A stretch of 64,000 nucleotides of DNA from Haliotis cracherodii (lineage: Eukaryota), in assembly GCF_022045235.1 (NCBI RefSeq), contig NW_027266268.1, positions 12,400,001 through 12,464,000 of the forward strand, given 5' to 3'. How positions within the stretch are numbered: the first letter of the stretch is position 1; every line of letters starts with the position of its first letter. Shown one piece after another: positions 39,185-52,430 of this stretch. The notes below the pieces were generated by a model. That model saw only the letters and a list, made by a program, of their open reading frames with translations. It did no database searches and had not been told where the DNA came from. The position numbers were made by a program, and so were the translations under genes.

Positions 39185-40205
39185 CAGATGACATACTGAT
39201 GACATACAGATGACATACTCATGACATGCTGATGACATGCAGATGACATATTGATGACATATTGATGACACACAGATGACATACTGATGACATACAGAAG
39301 ACACACAGATGACATACTGATGACATACAGAAGACATACAGATGGCATATTGATGATATACTCATGACATGCTGATGACATATTGATGACACACAGATGA
39401 CATACAGATGACATACTGATAACATACAGAAGACATACAGATGACATACTGATGACATACAGAAGACATACTGATGACATACTGATGACATACTGATGAC
39501 ATACAGATGACATACTGATGACATACAGATGACATACTCATGACATGCTGATGACATGCAGATGACATATTGATGACATATTGATGACATACTGGTGACA
39601 TACAGATGACATACAGAAGACATACAAATGACATACTGATGACATACAGATGGCTTACTGATGGCATAATCATGACATACTGATGACATGCAGATGGCAT
39701 TCTGATGACATACAGATGATATACAGATGGCTTACTGATGGCATAATCATGACATACTGATGACATGATGGCATACTGATGACATACAGATGACATACTG
39801 ATGGCATACAGATGATATACAGATGGCTTACTGATGGCATAATCATGACATACTGATGACATGCAGATGGCATACTGATGGCATACAGATGACATACTGA
39901 TGGCATAATCATGACATACTGATGACATGCAGATGGCATACTGATGACATACAGATGACATACTGATGACATGCAGATGGCATACTCATGACATACTGAT
40001 GGCATACAGATGACATACTGATGGCATAATCATGACATACTGATGACATGCAGATGGCATACTGATGACATACTGATGACATACAGATGACATACTGATG
40101 ACATGCAGATGGCATACTGATGACATACTGATGACATACAGATGACATACTCATGACATACTGGTGACATACAGATGACATACTGATGACATACAGATGA
40201 CATAC
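39185..40205. repeat. 11-bp-based minisatellite
   Basis: (T/A)GATGACATAC units; source of the MSSVCHQY ORFs in all three minus-strand frames. Confidence 0.95.
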
Positions 40206-40710
40206 AATACAATATCATCCCATCCTCTGGGATGAAGTCAAGTTCATGATGTTTGAAATATTGACATTACTGATACATTGATTTTACCACTGCCATGTAC
40301 GCACGATTACCTCATGTTTAAAGATTATCAGGGTTTAGAAGTACTCATTGCCCCACGACCATGGACAGTATTTTTATATGTCAGACAAGTGTGAGTTGTT
40401 CCTAGGTACGTGACTGTGGACCAGTGAACTTGACTGGACATCAGTGACAATTGGAAGGAAAAACAACAAAATCCTTTCAGTTTGAAGAGATGTAAATGGT
40501 GCTCCATTCAGAATGGGTTACACGCTTTAGTACATGTGTACTTATCAAAAAATAATCTGTGAAAATGCTTGGAAAAATAACATTTTATGTTTAAGCAAAC
40601 AAAAGTCGTTCACTGGACACGGTGATGTTCTGAAGAAAATGAGGTTGTTAGGCGTGTCCTTTGAGAGAAACATGTACGTCTTAAAGGACTGACTTTAAAT
40701 ATATTCTGTC

Positions 40711-40714
<4 letters not shown>

Positions 40715-40748
<34 letters not shown>
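40715..40748. repeat. (AC)n microsatellite
   Basis: Pure dinucleotide run. Confidence 0.95.
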
Positions 40749-40753
<5 letters not shown>

Positions 40754-41407
40754 TCTTATATAAATTGCAATTCATCCATGTTTATTTATCAAGTAGATAT
40801 CTGTTACCATGGAAACTGATCTGCCCATTGGTTTTTATGGCAACCCCCTAAGGGAGGCATCAGCTGGTAGTAAGGATCAAATGCAATGATCATGTAATAT
40901 ACAATGGCCCAGATCTTAGTATAGCTTCAGGCAGTGTAGTAGAGATTAAATTTAGGCACATGTACTCACTTTGGTGTCAGGACATATTGATATGGTGATA
41001 GGTCGAACTCAGGTGTGTGACACTGGGTGCAGCACTGTTTGCATATGGAGTAAGTAAATATGAACATGACTGTATGCTTTATGTTTGGATAAATATTTTT
41101 AGCAGACTATCAATTATTATTTTGTATGTGTTTTGTTTTTTGTGTGATAATTACTATATGTATGTTATGAAGTTTATTGAGAGGTTTTAAGGCAAATTTC
41201 ACAAATAGATGGAATTTAAAGAATATTCTTCCTTCCTAGCTATCATATTTAGTGATGATAAAACAACCGTGATTTGAAATACTAATGAATACATATTACA
41301 ATATGTTTGGAAAATCAGGTTTATTGCATTTTTCAAAATTATATTTGTCAGAGGGTACACAAAGTATGTGATTTAGACTACCAGTTGTCGGACCTTGTGG
41401 AAGAATA

Positions 41408-41530
41408 GCCTCGGTGGCTGAGTGGGTTAGAACGCTGACTATGGGTGCTGGTGATTGGGTGCCTCAGTCTCACAGTGGGTTTCAATCCTGGATCTTACTC
41501 AACCCAAAAAGTACAAAAATTTGACCTTTA
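41408..41530 (+). mobile_element. tRNA-derived SINE head (family F)
   Basis: A box TGGCTGAGTGG, B-box-like GGTTTCAATCC; homologous to 849-952. Confidence 0.55.
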
Positions 41531-42694
41531 CTAAAAAATATATATTTGTTGCTTTTGACCTATTTCATTGAAATTCAGAAATAACCAACTGATTTAGAAC
41601 TGTGAAACAATTCTTGGCTAGCTTCCTGTGTATTGTGTAGCAGTGTCACCATAGAAATGTCCAACAAAATGGCAGACAGCTAAAAAATGTGATGGGGAAG
41701 TACAACATATGGGTGAATTTTGGACCAAGGGATTTGGGTTATTTTTATTCAGATTCGTAAGAAAATACAGATGAAAGGAGGCATGTGATATGTTGTCGTA
41801 CATAAAAAATTGCAATACGAAAGTCAGGTCAGGCCAATCACCAATGAAACAACTGAGTTAATGAATCTAGGAAGTTGGATTTCATAACCAATGTGTCAAC
41901 CATCCCTGCAGACAGAAAATGACTACATGTCTAATCAAAATAGCTTTGAAGATTCATATTTAAGCCTTGCCAAAATCTTGTCAGTAATGCCTGGCCAGAA
42001 ACGGGATTATTCATGCATGTTTTGACAATCCCTGTACATGGAAACCGAACTGTGTGAACTCATTCAATAATTAATGTGGTAAGTATTTTTCTGTATGACC
42101 TGTTCTGCACTGGAAACCCCAGTGGGTGTCTAGTATATAAATATGTTGATGGGAAACAGTTATTTCATGCATCTGAAATATTAATCCTTTGGGCTAAACT
42201 GATGGTGTCCTTCTTCAGTCAGAAATCCACCAACTTCACGCATTATTGACAGGGTCAGTGACAGAGACAACACCAGTTTTGTACAATAAGGCCACACATG
42301 TTTTGTTTTTCGTTTCATGGGCCTGTCACCCCTACTGAAAAGCAGCTGGAAAAGAAAGAAATTAAACATAAAAATATATATTTTTGTCTCCCGCTAGTAA
42401 TATGGACCCTCTTATACAATATAAAATATTATATATAAATTCCATGTCTAGATCACTATCAGTGATCCAAGTAGCCAGCTGCAGTTTTAACTCCATGGCA
42501 GAATGACTTTCATATGAATAAACAAATGATTCATATAGCTATTAATTTTAATTGTTATTTCAACTGACCTTGTATGGAAAAGCTGGAATAAATATGTGAA
42601 ACAGAAAATTAAAAAAGTGTGGCCTAAATGTTCAGTGGCCACTTGATATTCTACAGTTGGTTTCTTAATTGTTCCAGTAAGGAGGAGGCATTGC

Positions 42695-42940
42695 CTGGTG
42701 TCCACAGTTCTCTGTGCTTTATTTCATCCTTTAGGCGTGCCAGAAACGTGTGGGCTGGAATCCCTGATTATGTTTCTAACTAAGGTTTGTCAGCACCATA
42801 GCGTGGGTTTCATCCATGGTAAACGTCTAACACCTGCATTGCTTCGGGCTTTCCTCCCACATCAATCCGAAATGCTGTGATATAACTGAAATACTGTTTA
42901 AAGCTCAGTGTCTCTCGCTCCGTCTCTCACTCATTCACTC
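42695..42940 (+). mobile_element. SINE family C, degraded
   Basis: GCCAGAAAC..GATTATGTTTCTA..GGTAAACGTCT..CTTCGGGCTTTCCTCCCACA..tail. Confidence 0.8.
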
Positions 42941-42999
42941 TTACGGGATGTGAATGTTGTTTTAGGTCCTCATGTTACAGCTCCTACTAAGATGTCCTT

Positions 43000-43855
43000 G
43001 AATCCTTCATCACTGTGTGTACTGTAAGTATTCTGTCAGCAACCCCCTCTAAGGTGATAGGGACTTCAGCACTGAAGGCATTAGCTGAGAAGGTTGAATC
43101 CTTTATCACTGAGTGTACATCATTCTGTCAGCAACCCCCTCTAGGGTGATAGGGAGTTCAGCACTGTAGACATTAGCTGAGAAGGATGAATCCTTTATCA
43201 CTGAGTGTACATCATTCTGTCAGCAACTCCCTCAAGGGTGATAAGGGACTTCAACACTGAAGGCATTAGCTGAGAAGGTTGAATCCTTTATCACTGTGTG
43301 TACTGTAAGTATTCTGTCAGCAACCCCCTCTAAGGTGATAGGGACTTCAGCACTGAAGGCATTAGCTGAGAAGGTTGAGTCCTTTATCACTGAGTGTACA
43401 TCATTCTGTCAGCAACCCCCTCTAAGGTGATAGGGACTTCAACACTGAAGGCATTAGCTGAGAAGGTTGAATCCTTTATCACTGTGTGTACTGTAAGTTG
43501 GTTGGTTGGTTGGTTTATTGTTTAACCCCGCACTCAGCAATATTCCAGCTATATGACGGCGGTCTGTAAATAATCGAGTCTGGATCAGACAATCCAGTGA
43601 ATAATATCATTGGGAAAAAAACGCAATTGGGATCGATGACATGCATCAACCAAGTCAGCGAGCCTGACCACCCGATCCCGTTAGTCGCCTTTTACGACAA
43701 GCATAGTCACCTTTTACGGCAAGCATGGGTTGCTGAAGACCAATTCTACCCCGGATCTTCACGGGTTGTGTACTGTAAGTATATTTTTTTAGCAACCTTC
43801 TGAAGCATGATAGGTACTTCAGCACTGAAGGCATTAGCTGAGAAGATTGAATCCA
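43000..43855. repeat. 92-96 bp tandem repeat (about 6 units) interrupted by a SINE
   Basis: GAATCC-type unit starts at 43000, 43096, 43188, 43281, 43377 and 43469; the last unit resumes after 43766. Confidence 0.9.
43499..43766 (-). mobile_element. SINE family D, young full-length copy
   Basis: Perfect 14-bp TSD TGTGTACTGTAAGT at 43485-43498 and 43767-43780; (AACC)n tail. Confidence 0.95.
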
Positions 43856-45371
43856 TAATTATTGTGTAAATTGCATGTCATATAAGTAGGTTAGCACCCA
43901 CTTCTGCAGGTGATAATTAGCAGGGGACTAACCTACTTAGAAGCTGCTTCTACCACATTGCTATATGATGCAATTTACACAACAATACAAAAAGCCATAG
44001 GCTTTAACTCCCCTCTCTTCTAAATCGAATCATCCAATCTCAGCATGTGCACAAAACAAGCGCTAGTGATATGAGGTCAGATGTGACCAACATAGTAAGA
44101 TATAACACAGGGTTGATCAGCTATATGTAAAAGGTGTGCTTAACGTCTCTGTGAGTGGAGTTTTATTATTCTCAGTCCCCTTTGCTTGTCAAAAAAGGCA
44201 ACTGACAGGATCGGATGAGCCTTGCTGACTTGATTGATGCATGTCATTGTATCTTAGAACTTAGGATCTGAAAATGTACATTAATGGCCATTTTAACATG
44301 AAATGTTTGTGCAAGAGTGGTGTAAGTAAACATTCAGACTATATGATGGAGTATACACGAGTTGTCAGGTAGCCAAAGGTGAAGGTGACTGTATGATGTG
44401 TCTCTGGAATTTGTTGTCTGGGAGTGTTCTAGAGGAGAGTCTTTCTTGGAGGATTCTCTTCATGAGTCAACCAGGTGATAGGTATTACTAACGTAAGTAA
44501 GTGAGTTGGGTTTACACTCATAACAACACTATTCTGCGTGACGAGTCAATCATCATCATGTTGTAAAGAAATCTAAGTCATTCTCAAATTCGATTTCTGG
44601 CAAACATCACCTGATAAATTGCAACCTTTTATGGATTACTAGCTCACCTGAATTCAGTGTTCAAATGATCTAAGGTCATGGTGAATTATTCATTTGTTCT
44701 GAAGAATCTTCTCATCTATTTCTCCGCAAATTCTGTTTATCCCCACTTTTTTCAAAACGGGGGGAAAAAGCGTATCCAATGGCAATGAACCAAACTCCAT
44801 TTCCGAACTGCACCAGACTGGAGGGATATGTGATCTCATGATGACTCTTGTTATGTTTAGTTTTGATTTGTTCATGTTGTAATCATGAATAAGTTATTAC
44901 TGTAAAATGATTCAGAGTGTGTGTTGCAATCTGATTGGTTGAAAAACATTGTTAATTCGGGTTCAAATCCAGGAAATCTTCTTGACTTTTCACTGCATAT
45001 GAATATTTCAATAAATACAGTATCTCAAAATTGACAAAATGCAACACTCGGCATGTTATCAAGAATACTGCATCCATTGTATATCACTGGATTAATCGTT
45101 ACCAGAAATAGACTTTTATTTATTTAATTTTTCAAGACCCCGTCTCCAGATCAGGGCATCAGCTGTATCATGACGTCATTAAAAGTATTCCTGACTAACG
45201 TCATATATACTGATGGAAATGAATAAGGAAACTCTTTGTACAGAGTAAAGTGATATGCTATCATGGGTTTCCAGTCTCGTCTACCAAATACACATTGGAA
45301 ACAACGCACACGAACACATCTCAACATTTGATTCTGACGTGTTGAATTTGTATTCGTGCTATTTTATATGT

Positions 45372-45639
45372 GAGTGAGTGAGTGAGCTTTAAACAATATT
45401 CCAGTTATATCACGGCGTGTCACCTTAATGTGGGAGGAAAGCCCGAAGTGATGCAGGTCTCAGACGTTTACCACTTCGGTGAAACCCACGAGTATGGGCA
45501 TGGTGCTGACAAATCTAGAAACATAATCGGGGCGAACCGGGATTCGAACCCACAATCATAGGTTTCTGGCATGCCCAAATGACGCAACTCTGCACAGCGA
45601 ATCGCGGCGCCTTAGACGACTGGGCCACACGTGCCCCCA
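45372..45639 (-). mobile_element. SINE family C, young full-length copy
   Basis: 13-bp TSD CTATTTTATATGT at 45359-45371 and 45640-45652; CpG-rich with intact A and B boxes. Confidence 0.95.
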
Positions 45640-45951
45640 CTATTTTATATGTACAGACAGTAAAGCTTATTACCCTTTAATTTTCATTGTTCCCTTATTC
45701 GTTTCCATCAGTATATGTCTCAAGCTGTGAGTGTTTGGAGGAAGAGAGTTCAATGGAAACTTTCCAATATCTCTTGATGAGCATTATGTGTTTTCAGTTT
45801 TGCAGGTGTTATTGAGTACTCATGCTTGGAAATTTTATAATTTGAAACTTCTGGCTAATGCTGTTGGTTCCAAATGAAATTTTCACATGTAGTATCCGCT
45901 AAAAAACCTGCATATCTCAAGACACTTAATGATTATCTAAATATGTAAATA

Positions 45952-46296
45952 CTGTATTCGACGTAATAAGCGCCCCGCTCTAATAAGCGCCCACAGCGAT
46001 ATTTGCTAATATATTGGCTAGTGAACAATCCCAATTGGCACCCCTTCCGATTGATCAATGTACACAAGACTTATTTTTTGGCGTATAATACGGACCTGTG
46101 TGCTATATGAACCCTTAATTATGGGCAATTAAATTCTGGAAAAATATATCTGTCGTACATAAACATTTCAGGCTGTCAGCATAAACCACGAAATTTATCT
46201 TTCAACTGTTTTTTTTTTCACCAAAGTAATATTCTAATAAGAGGCCCCTATTTCTAATTTTGAGAGCGCCCTGGGCGCTTATTACGTCGAATACGG
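45952..46296. mobile_element. MITE family E, best-preserved copy
   Basis: 24-bp TIR C(T/C)GTATTCGACGTAATAAGCGCCC with TA TSD. Confidence 0.95.
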
Positions 46297-47369
46297 TAGG
46301 TATATAATTTAGATGTCTAACTGAAGTCTATAAGGTAAAAAACAAACACGGGCAATAAAGGTTGAGAACATATTATAACCCAAGCTTAGCATCAGCTGAA
46401 TAAAGCTGCTTAAAGTCAGAAATCAATAACATTTAATCTCTGGAACTTATGAGAACATGAGAAATTGAGCTATTAACATTTGTCAAAAGAATGTGAAGAT
46501 ATATTAAAAATCTGTTGAAACAATAAGACAAACCAGACAATCAGCTTGGCTCATGTTCTTCTCTTTGAAAAATGAGATACGAAGAATTATTATAAATTTC
46601 CCATCATGTACAATTCCTGGGGATATCAGGTTAATGAGAAAGACTTGTCTGATGAACATTAAACTAGTATTTCAATGTCTGAGAAAAATGAGTACCAGTA
46701 AAAAGATGTTAATATAAAGATTAAGTATGGTAAAATATGTTAAAATGTCAAAGTCATCATTTAAGATTTGTATTTCGCAATACTATTTCAGCAGTGTTGA
46801 ATCAGCACAATTTGAGGTGACGGCACTCTTGGTAGTTTTCTGGGTCAAGACAACTGTATATTTTATTCATCAGTACCGCTAATTTTAGCATGTCCATTGT
46901 ATTGACAGGAATTGTAAATAATTGAGCAGTTCAGATAACGCAGTAACTAGAGACAGGTGGGAGTATATATAAGCTGATGGAGGCAGCCTACAGCGTAAAC
47001 ATAGAGATGAATCGGTTCCTGGTAAACACTGCACTAAACATGTTCTAATTTCAGACTTCTTGGTCTTAATTAAAGTAAGCAGTACTGGAGCAGTCCTCCA
47101 GTAGGAATCACAGTGATGACATATCAAACTATCAATGTATTGCAGTTGTTTGCTCTACGATTGTATTATATCAATATAATTTTAAAATTGCCTTATATTG
47201 TTGACAGTATGCTTTCAAGCGGTAGTTTCATTCATTGCAATTAGTCACAACTAAAACATAAAATATATGTTAGAAAACTGTCTTTTTACGGCCAAATTTC
47301 AAACTTATTCATTTGCAAGAATTACGCCTATAAGAGATTACAGACTTCCCTGCTTCTGAGACGATATGT

Positions 47370-47545
47370 TTGCAGTCATATTACCATCCTATCCTCCCGG
47401 GTACCCATTCCTGGCTGGGCGAACATTGGCATATTTTGAACACTTCCTGCCTAAGAAGAAACCTGTTCTTCAGTGTGGGGCAGAACCGAAGCTCAAGAAA
47501 CTCGGTGTTATGCTGCCTAACACATTACCCCAGTCATCCACTCTC
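47370..47545 (-). mobile_element. old degraded SINE-like fragment
   Basis: The reverse strand reads as a decayed tRNA-like head, then CTTAGGCAGG..CCCAGCCAGGAATGGGTACC, resembling conserved SINE central domains. Confidence 0.35.
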
Positions 47546-48007
47546 TGCAATCAATATATCTGAACTTTCTCTATTTGTGACCTGTGTGGAGTACAGAAAT
47601 ATGGCATATGTCCAAACATACAAATTTCCCAGTAAGTTTTACTCATTTCATGCAATGACCGACCTTAGAGTTTCTTTGTAAACGTTGATTGCACTCAGGT
47701 GTGCATTTCATCACTTTATCAGACATCCTTTTGAGGATGATTGATCACCATCATAAGTCCAAGGCTGCGGGGTACCGAACATTTATTACTGTCTCTGTGG
47801 TTCCAGACTCTTGTATGTAGGGTAATGTGCCCATCACACTGTAGGTGTCAAATGGCTTGGCTGGGACAGCAGCCTCTGTAGCTGGTTATTGTTACTGTAA
47901 GTACAGTTAACGAGTTATCCCATGCAGGGGATGGTGAGAAAGGGATTGAGTTGTGAGAAATTGTGTAACAACATTTTGTTTTGTATTTTATTCCTTGTTC
48001 TAAGTAT

Positions 48008-48164
48008 CTTTGAATGGCATTTAGAAGTGATGAACATAAGTAAGAGAATATATGGTTAAGATGTCAACTTCTCTTTTGAGGAACACATCGTTTCAGAGTA
48101 TAAGGCGTAGGTATATATACTAGGAAAGACATATATAAGTTGACATCCATACATTCTCTTTCTT
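48008..48164. mobile_element. second, more decayed copy of the Penelope-like palindrome
   Basis: CTTTGAA.GGCATTTAGAAGTGAT..AGAGAATATATG..TGTCAACTTCT..GAGGAACACA.CGTTTC is shared with 32973-33060; partial inverted arm AAGTTGACATCCATACATTCTCT. Confidence 0.65.
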
Positions 48165-48389
48165 GTTGTAAATGGGTTTGATGTATATTTTGTCTGGTGC
48201 TATCGGACTTACGGGACACTTCATAATGACATAATTGTTGTCTTGAGATAATATCCTGGATCTGTCTGTGGTATGTACAGTGACTGTTAAATGTTCATCG
48301 CAGACTGAAACGTTCAACTAATACTGTAATCCTTGTAATCTAATGCCTTAATGTCTTTACTCTGTACTTGGTGTTAACAACAATAATGA

Positions 48390-48427
<38 letters not shown>

Positions 48428-48660
48428 AAGTTACTACTACTACATAGACTAAACTACTACAACTACTAAAACTACTACTTCTACCAAACATACTACTACA
48501 TCTGCTATGACTTAATTACTACTGCTACTACTAAAACTACTGCTACTACTAAAACTGCTGCTATTACTAAAACTACTGCTTCTACTAAATCTGTCTACTA
48601 CTACCACTACTGCTACTAAAACTACTGCTGCTTAGTAACTACAACTACTAATAATAATGA
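48390..48660. repeat. (CTA)n microsatellite, degenerate
   Basis: Pure run at 48390-48427, then decayed. Confidence 0.9.
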
Positions 48661-49140
48661 TAAAAATAGTGATATTGATAATAATAAAAACAATAGTACA
48701 TTTTGACGCTGCAAACAACACACGCTCAGTAACCCCACCCTACATACAGGACATATGTGAACATTCATTGTGCCTTCTCAACTCCCAGGTATGCAACACA
48801 ACAGCTTTGAAACAAATAAAGGGCTATGTCAGTATGTGTTCATCTGGGCCAGAATTCTAGCTGTGATTAACTCCACAATTTTGGCAATAGTTCTTTATGC
48901 ATGTTGTGTTGCATGTCCTGTGGCCATTTTTGGAGAGCTAGAGAATGTAGAGTTCTCCATCAGCTAGCTATGAATAACCGTTTGACATTCATCATGTATA
49001 CTGCCTACCACTGTATGAAGGTCAGCGTTTCAATATGGATAGGATGCCACAGTATACGTAATTGTCATGTTTACTCCTGTATTAATATGGAGATAGTTTA
49101 TCAGAAATCATTTGAGATTAGTTTATTTCCATACACCTGT

Positions 49141-49427
49141 GGGGGGACGGGTGGCCCAGTCGTCTTAGGTGCCCAAATTTGCTGTGCAGAGTTGTGTCCC
49201 TTGGGTACGCCAGAAACCTATGATTGTGGGTTCGAATCCCGGTTTGCCCTGATTATGTTTCTAGATTTGTCAGCACCATACCCATGGCCGTGGGTTTCAC
49301 CAAAGTGGTAAATGTCTGAGGCCCGCATCATTTCGAGCTTTCCTCCCAGTCCCACGTTAAGCTGACACGCCATGATATAACTGAAATACTGTTAAAAGCG
49401 GCGTTAAACCCAACTCACCCACCCACC
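49141..49427 (+). mobile_element. SINE family C, full length
   Basis: A box TGGCCCAGTCG, B box GGTTCGAATCC, tail GCGGCGTTAAACCCAACTCACC. Confidence 0.9.
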
Positions 49428-49857
49428 CATATAACTGAAATACAACCATCATCTAACTCACTGCTCAGGCATTATTCTGTAACCTTTCAATTAGCTGTTT
49501 AATTGCATATTGACTTGATGGTCCATTTAATCAACGTATGGATGTCAATTTCAACATGCAATTAGCATGGTTGACATGCCATGTGGTCAAGCTGATGTGG
49601 CCTTTGTGAAATGTCTATCACAGATCAGTGAAAGGGATGCTTGGGTTCAGGACATTTGCAAGCATAAAAGGTTTTATTGTCGTGTCAGGATAGCTGATGT
49701 CATGCATCAATTCTGCTGTGTTTAGTAGCAAGCTCAAGCCATCATGTAAATTGACAGTGATCAATAGCATGGCAGTGTTATTGTTATACAGGGTTAGATG
49801 TAAGTACAATCTGGGAGGTAACGGACTTGGTTCAACTTGGACTGCTGTGTAGAACAT

Positions 49858-50025
49858 GGACAATAGGTCTTCAGCAACCCATGCTTGCTGTAAGAGGCGA
49901 CTAACGGGTGGTTGGACTTACTGACTTAATGGTTGATGCATGTCATTGTATCCCAAATGTGTGGATTGATGCCCATATTGTCATATAGCTGTTATTTTGC
50001 TGAGTGTGGTGTTTAACAAACAAAC
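49858..50025 (+). mobile_element. SINE family D, single-hairpin variant, internally deleted
   Basis: AATAGGTCTTCAGCAACCCATGCTTGCTGTAAGAGGCGACTAACGGG...AACAAACAAAC. Confidence 0.8.
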
Positions 50026-50117
50026 TGCTGTCTCAGAGTGGGACCTGGTGTGCCAGGCAAAACCTTCTCCTGGCCAAAGCATCATTCCAAAAAGGGATCT
50101 TACTGCTAAGATAGTGG

Positions 50118-52430
50118 TTTTGTTGTAAGGTGAACTTTGTTGGGTTTGTTGTCAGGTGAACTCTGTTGGGTTTGTTGTAAGGTGAACTTTGTTGGGTTTG
50201 TTGTCAGGTGAACTTTGTTGGGTTTGTTGTCAGGTGAACTTTGTTGTCAGGTGAACTTTGTTGTAAGGTGAACTTTGTTGGGTTTGTTGTCAGGTGAACT
50301 TTGTTGTAAGGTGAACTTTGTTGGGTTTGTTGTCAGGTGAATTCTATTGGGTTTGTTGTAAGGTGAACTTTGTTGGGTTTGTTGTCAGGTGAACTCTGTT
50401 GGGTTTGTTGTCAGGTGAACTTTGCTGGGTTTGTTGTCAGGTAAACTTTGTTGTAAGTTGAACTTTGTTGGGTTTGTTGTCAGGTGAACTCTGTTGTAAG
50501 TTGAACTTTGTTGTTGTAAGGTGAACTTTGTTGGGTTTGTTGTCAGGTGAACTCTGTTGTAAGTTGAACTTTGTTGTTGTAAGTTGAACTTTGTTGTTGT
50601 AATGTGAACTTTGTTGTGTTTGTTGTAAGGTGAACTCTGTTGTAAGTTGAACTTTGTTGTTGTAATGTGAACTTTGTTGGGTTTGTTGTCAGGTGAACTC
50701 TGTTGTAAGTTGAACTTTGTTGTTGTAATGTGAACTTTGTTGGGTTTGTTGTCAGGTGAACTCTGTTGTAAGTTGAACTTTGTTGTTGTAATGTGAACTT
50801 TGTTGGGTTTGTTGTAAGGTGAACTCTTTCGGGTTTGTTTTCATTTGAACTTTGTTGTAATGTGAACTCTGTTGTAAGTTGAACTTTGTTGTTTTAAGGT
50901 GAACTTTGTTGGGTTTGTTGACAGGTGAACTTTGCTGGGTTTGTTGTCAGGTAAACTTTGTTGTAAGGTGAACTTTGTTGGGTTTGTTGTAAGGTGAACT
51001 TTGTTGGGTTTGTTGTCAGGTGAACTCTCTTGGGGTGGTTGTCATTTGAACTTTGTTGTAATGTGAACTTTGTTGGGTTTGTTTTAAGGTGAACTTTGTT
51101 GTAAGTTGAACTTGACTGGGTTTGTTGTAAGGTGAACTTTGTTGGGTTTGTTGTCAGGTGAACTTTGTTGGGTTTGTTGTCAGGTGAACTCTGTTGTAAG
51201 TTGAACTTTGTTGTCAGGTGAACTTTGTTGTCAGGTGAACTTTGTTGTAAGGTGAACTTTGTTGGGTTTGTTATCAGGTGAACTTTGTTGGGTTTGTTAT
51301 CAGATGAACTTTGTTGGGTTTGTTGTCAGGTGAACTTTGCTGGGTTTGTTGTCAGGTAAACTTTGTTGTAAGGTGAACTTTGTTGGGTTTGTTGTAAGGT
51401 GAACTTTGTTGGGTTTGTTGTCAGGTGAACTCTCTTGGGGTGGTTGTCATTTGAACTTTGTTGTAATGTGAACTTTGTTGGGTTTGTTTTAAGGTGAACT
51501 TTGTTGTAAGTTGAACTTGACTGGGTTTGTTGTAAGGTGAACTTTGTTGGGTTTGTTGTCAGGTGAACTTTGTTGGGTTTGTTGTCAGGTGAACTCTGTT
51601 GTAAGTTGAACTTTGTTGTCAGGTGAACTTTGTTGTCAGGTGAACTTTGTTGTCAGGTGAACTTTGTTGGGTTTGTTATCAGGTGAACTTTGTTGGGTTT
51701 GTTGTCAGGTGAACTTTGTTGTCAGGTTAACTTTCTTGGGTTTGTTGTCAGGTGAACTTTGTTGTCAGGTGAACTTTCTTGGGTTTGTTGTCAGGTGAAC
51801 TCTGTTGTAAGTTGAACTTTGTTGTCAGGTGAACTTTGTTGTAAGGTGAACTTTGTTGGGTTTGTTGTAAGGTGAACTTTGTTGGGTTTGTTGTCAGGTG
51901 AACTCTCTTGGGGTGGTTGTCATTTGAACTTTGTTGTAATGTGAACTTTGTTGGGTTTGTTTTAAGGTGAACTTTGTTGTAAGTTGAACTTGACTGGGTT
52001 TGTTGTAAGGTGAACTTTGTTGGGTTTGTTGTCAGGTGAACTTTGTTGGGTTTGTTGTCAGGTGAACTCTGTTGTAAGTTGAACTTTGTTGTCAGGTGAA
52101 CTTTGTTGTCAGGTGAACTTTGTTGTAAGGTGAACTTTGTTGGGTTTGTTATCAGGTGAACTTTGTTGGGTTTGTTGTCAGGTGAACTTTGTTGTCAGGT
52201 TAACTTTCTTGGGTTTGTTGTCAGGTGAACTTTGTTGTCAGGTGAACTTTCTTGGGTTTGTTGTCAGGTGAACTCTGTTGTAAGTTGAACTTTGTTGTCA
52301 GGTGAACTTTGTTGTAAGGTGAACTTTGTTGTAAGGTGAACTTTGTTGGGTTTGTTATCAGATGAACTTTGTTGGGTTTGTTATCAGATGAACTTTGTTG
52401 GGTTTGTCGTCAGGTGAACTTTGTTTAAGG
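50118..52430. repeat. 2.3-kb compound minisatellite of 26-bp and 17-bp units
   Basis: AGGTGAACTTTGTTGGGTTTGTTGTC and AGGTGAACTTTGTTGTC; strong G/T strand bias. Confidence 0.95.

Noticed and set aside
39061-40218. Cys/His/Met-rich ORFs as metal-binding proteins
   Set aside because: They occur in all three minus-strand frames over an 11-bp minisatellite.
43670-43766. SINE D head as an HDV-like or hammerhead ribozyme
   Set aside because: It has hairpins and a CTAA, but I could not fit a P3/L3 pseudoknot core or a CUGANGA/GAAA core by eye.
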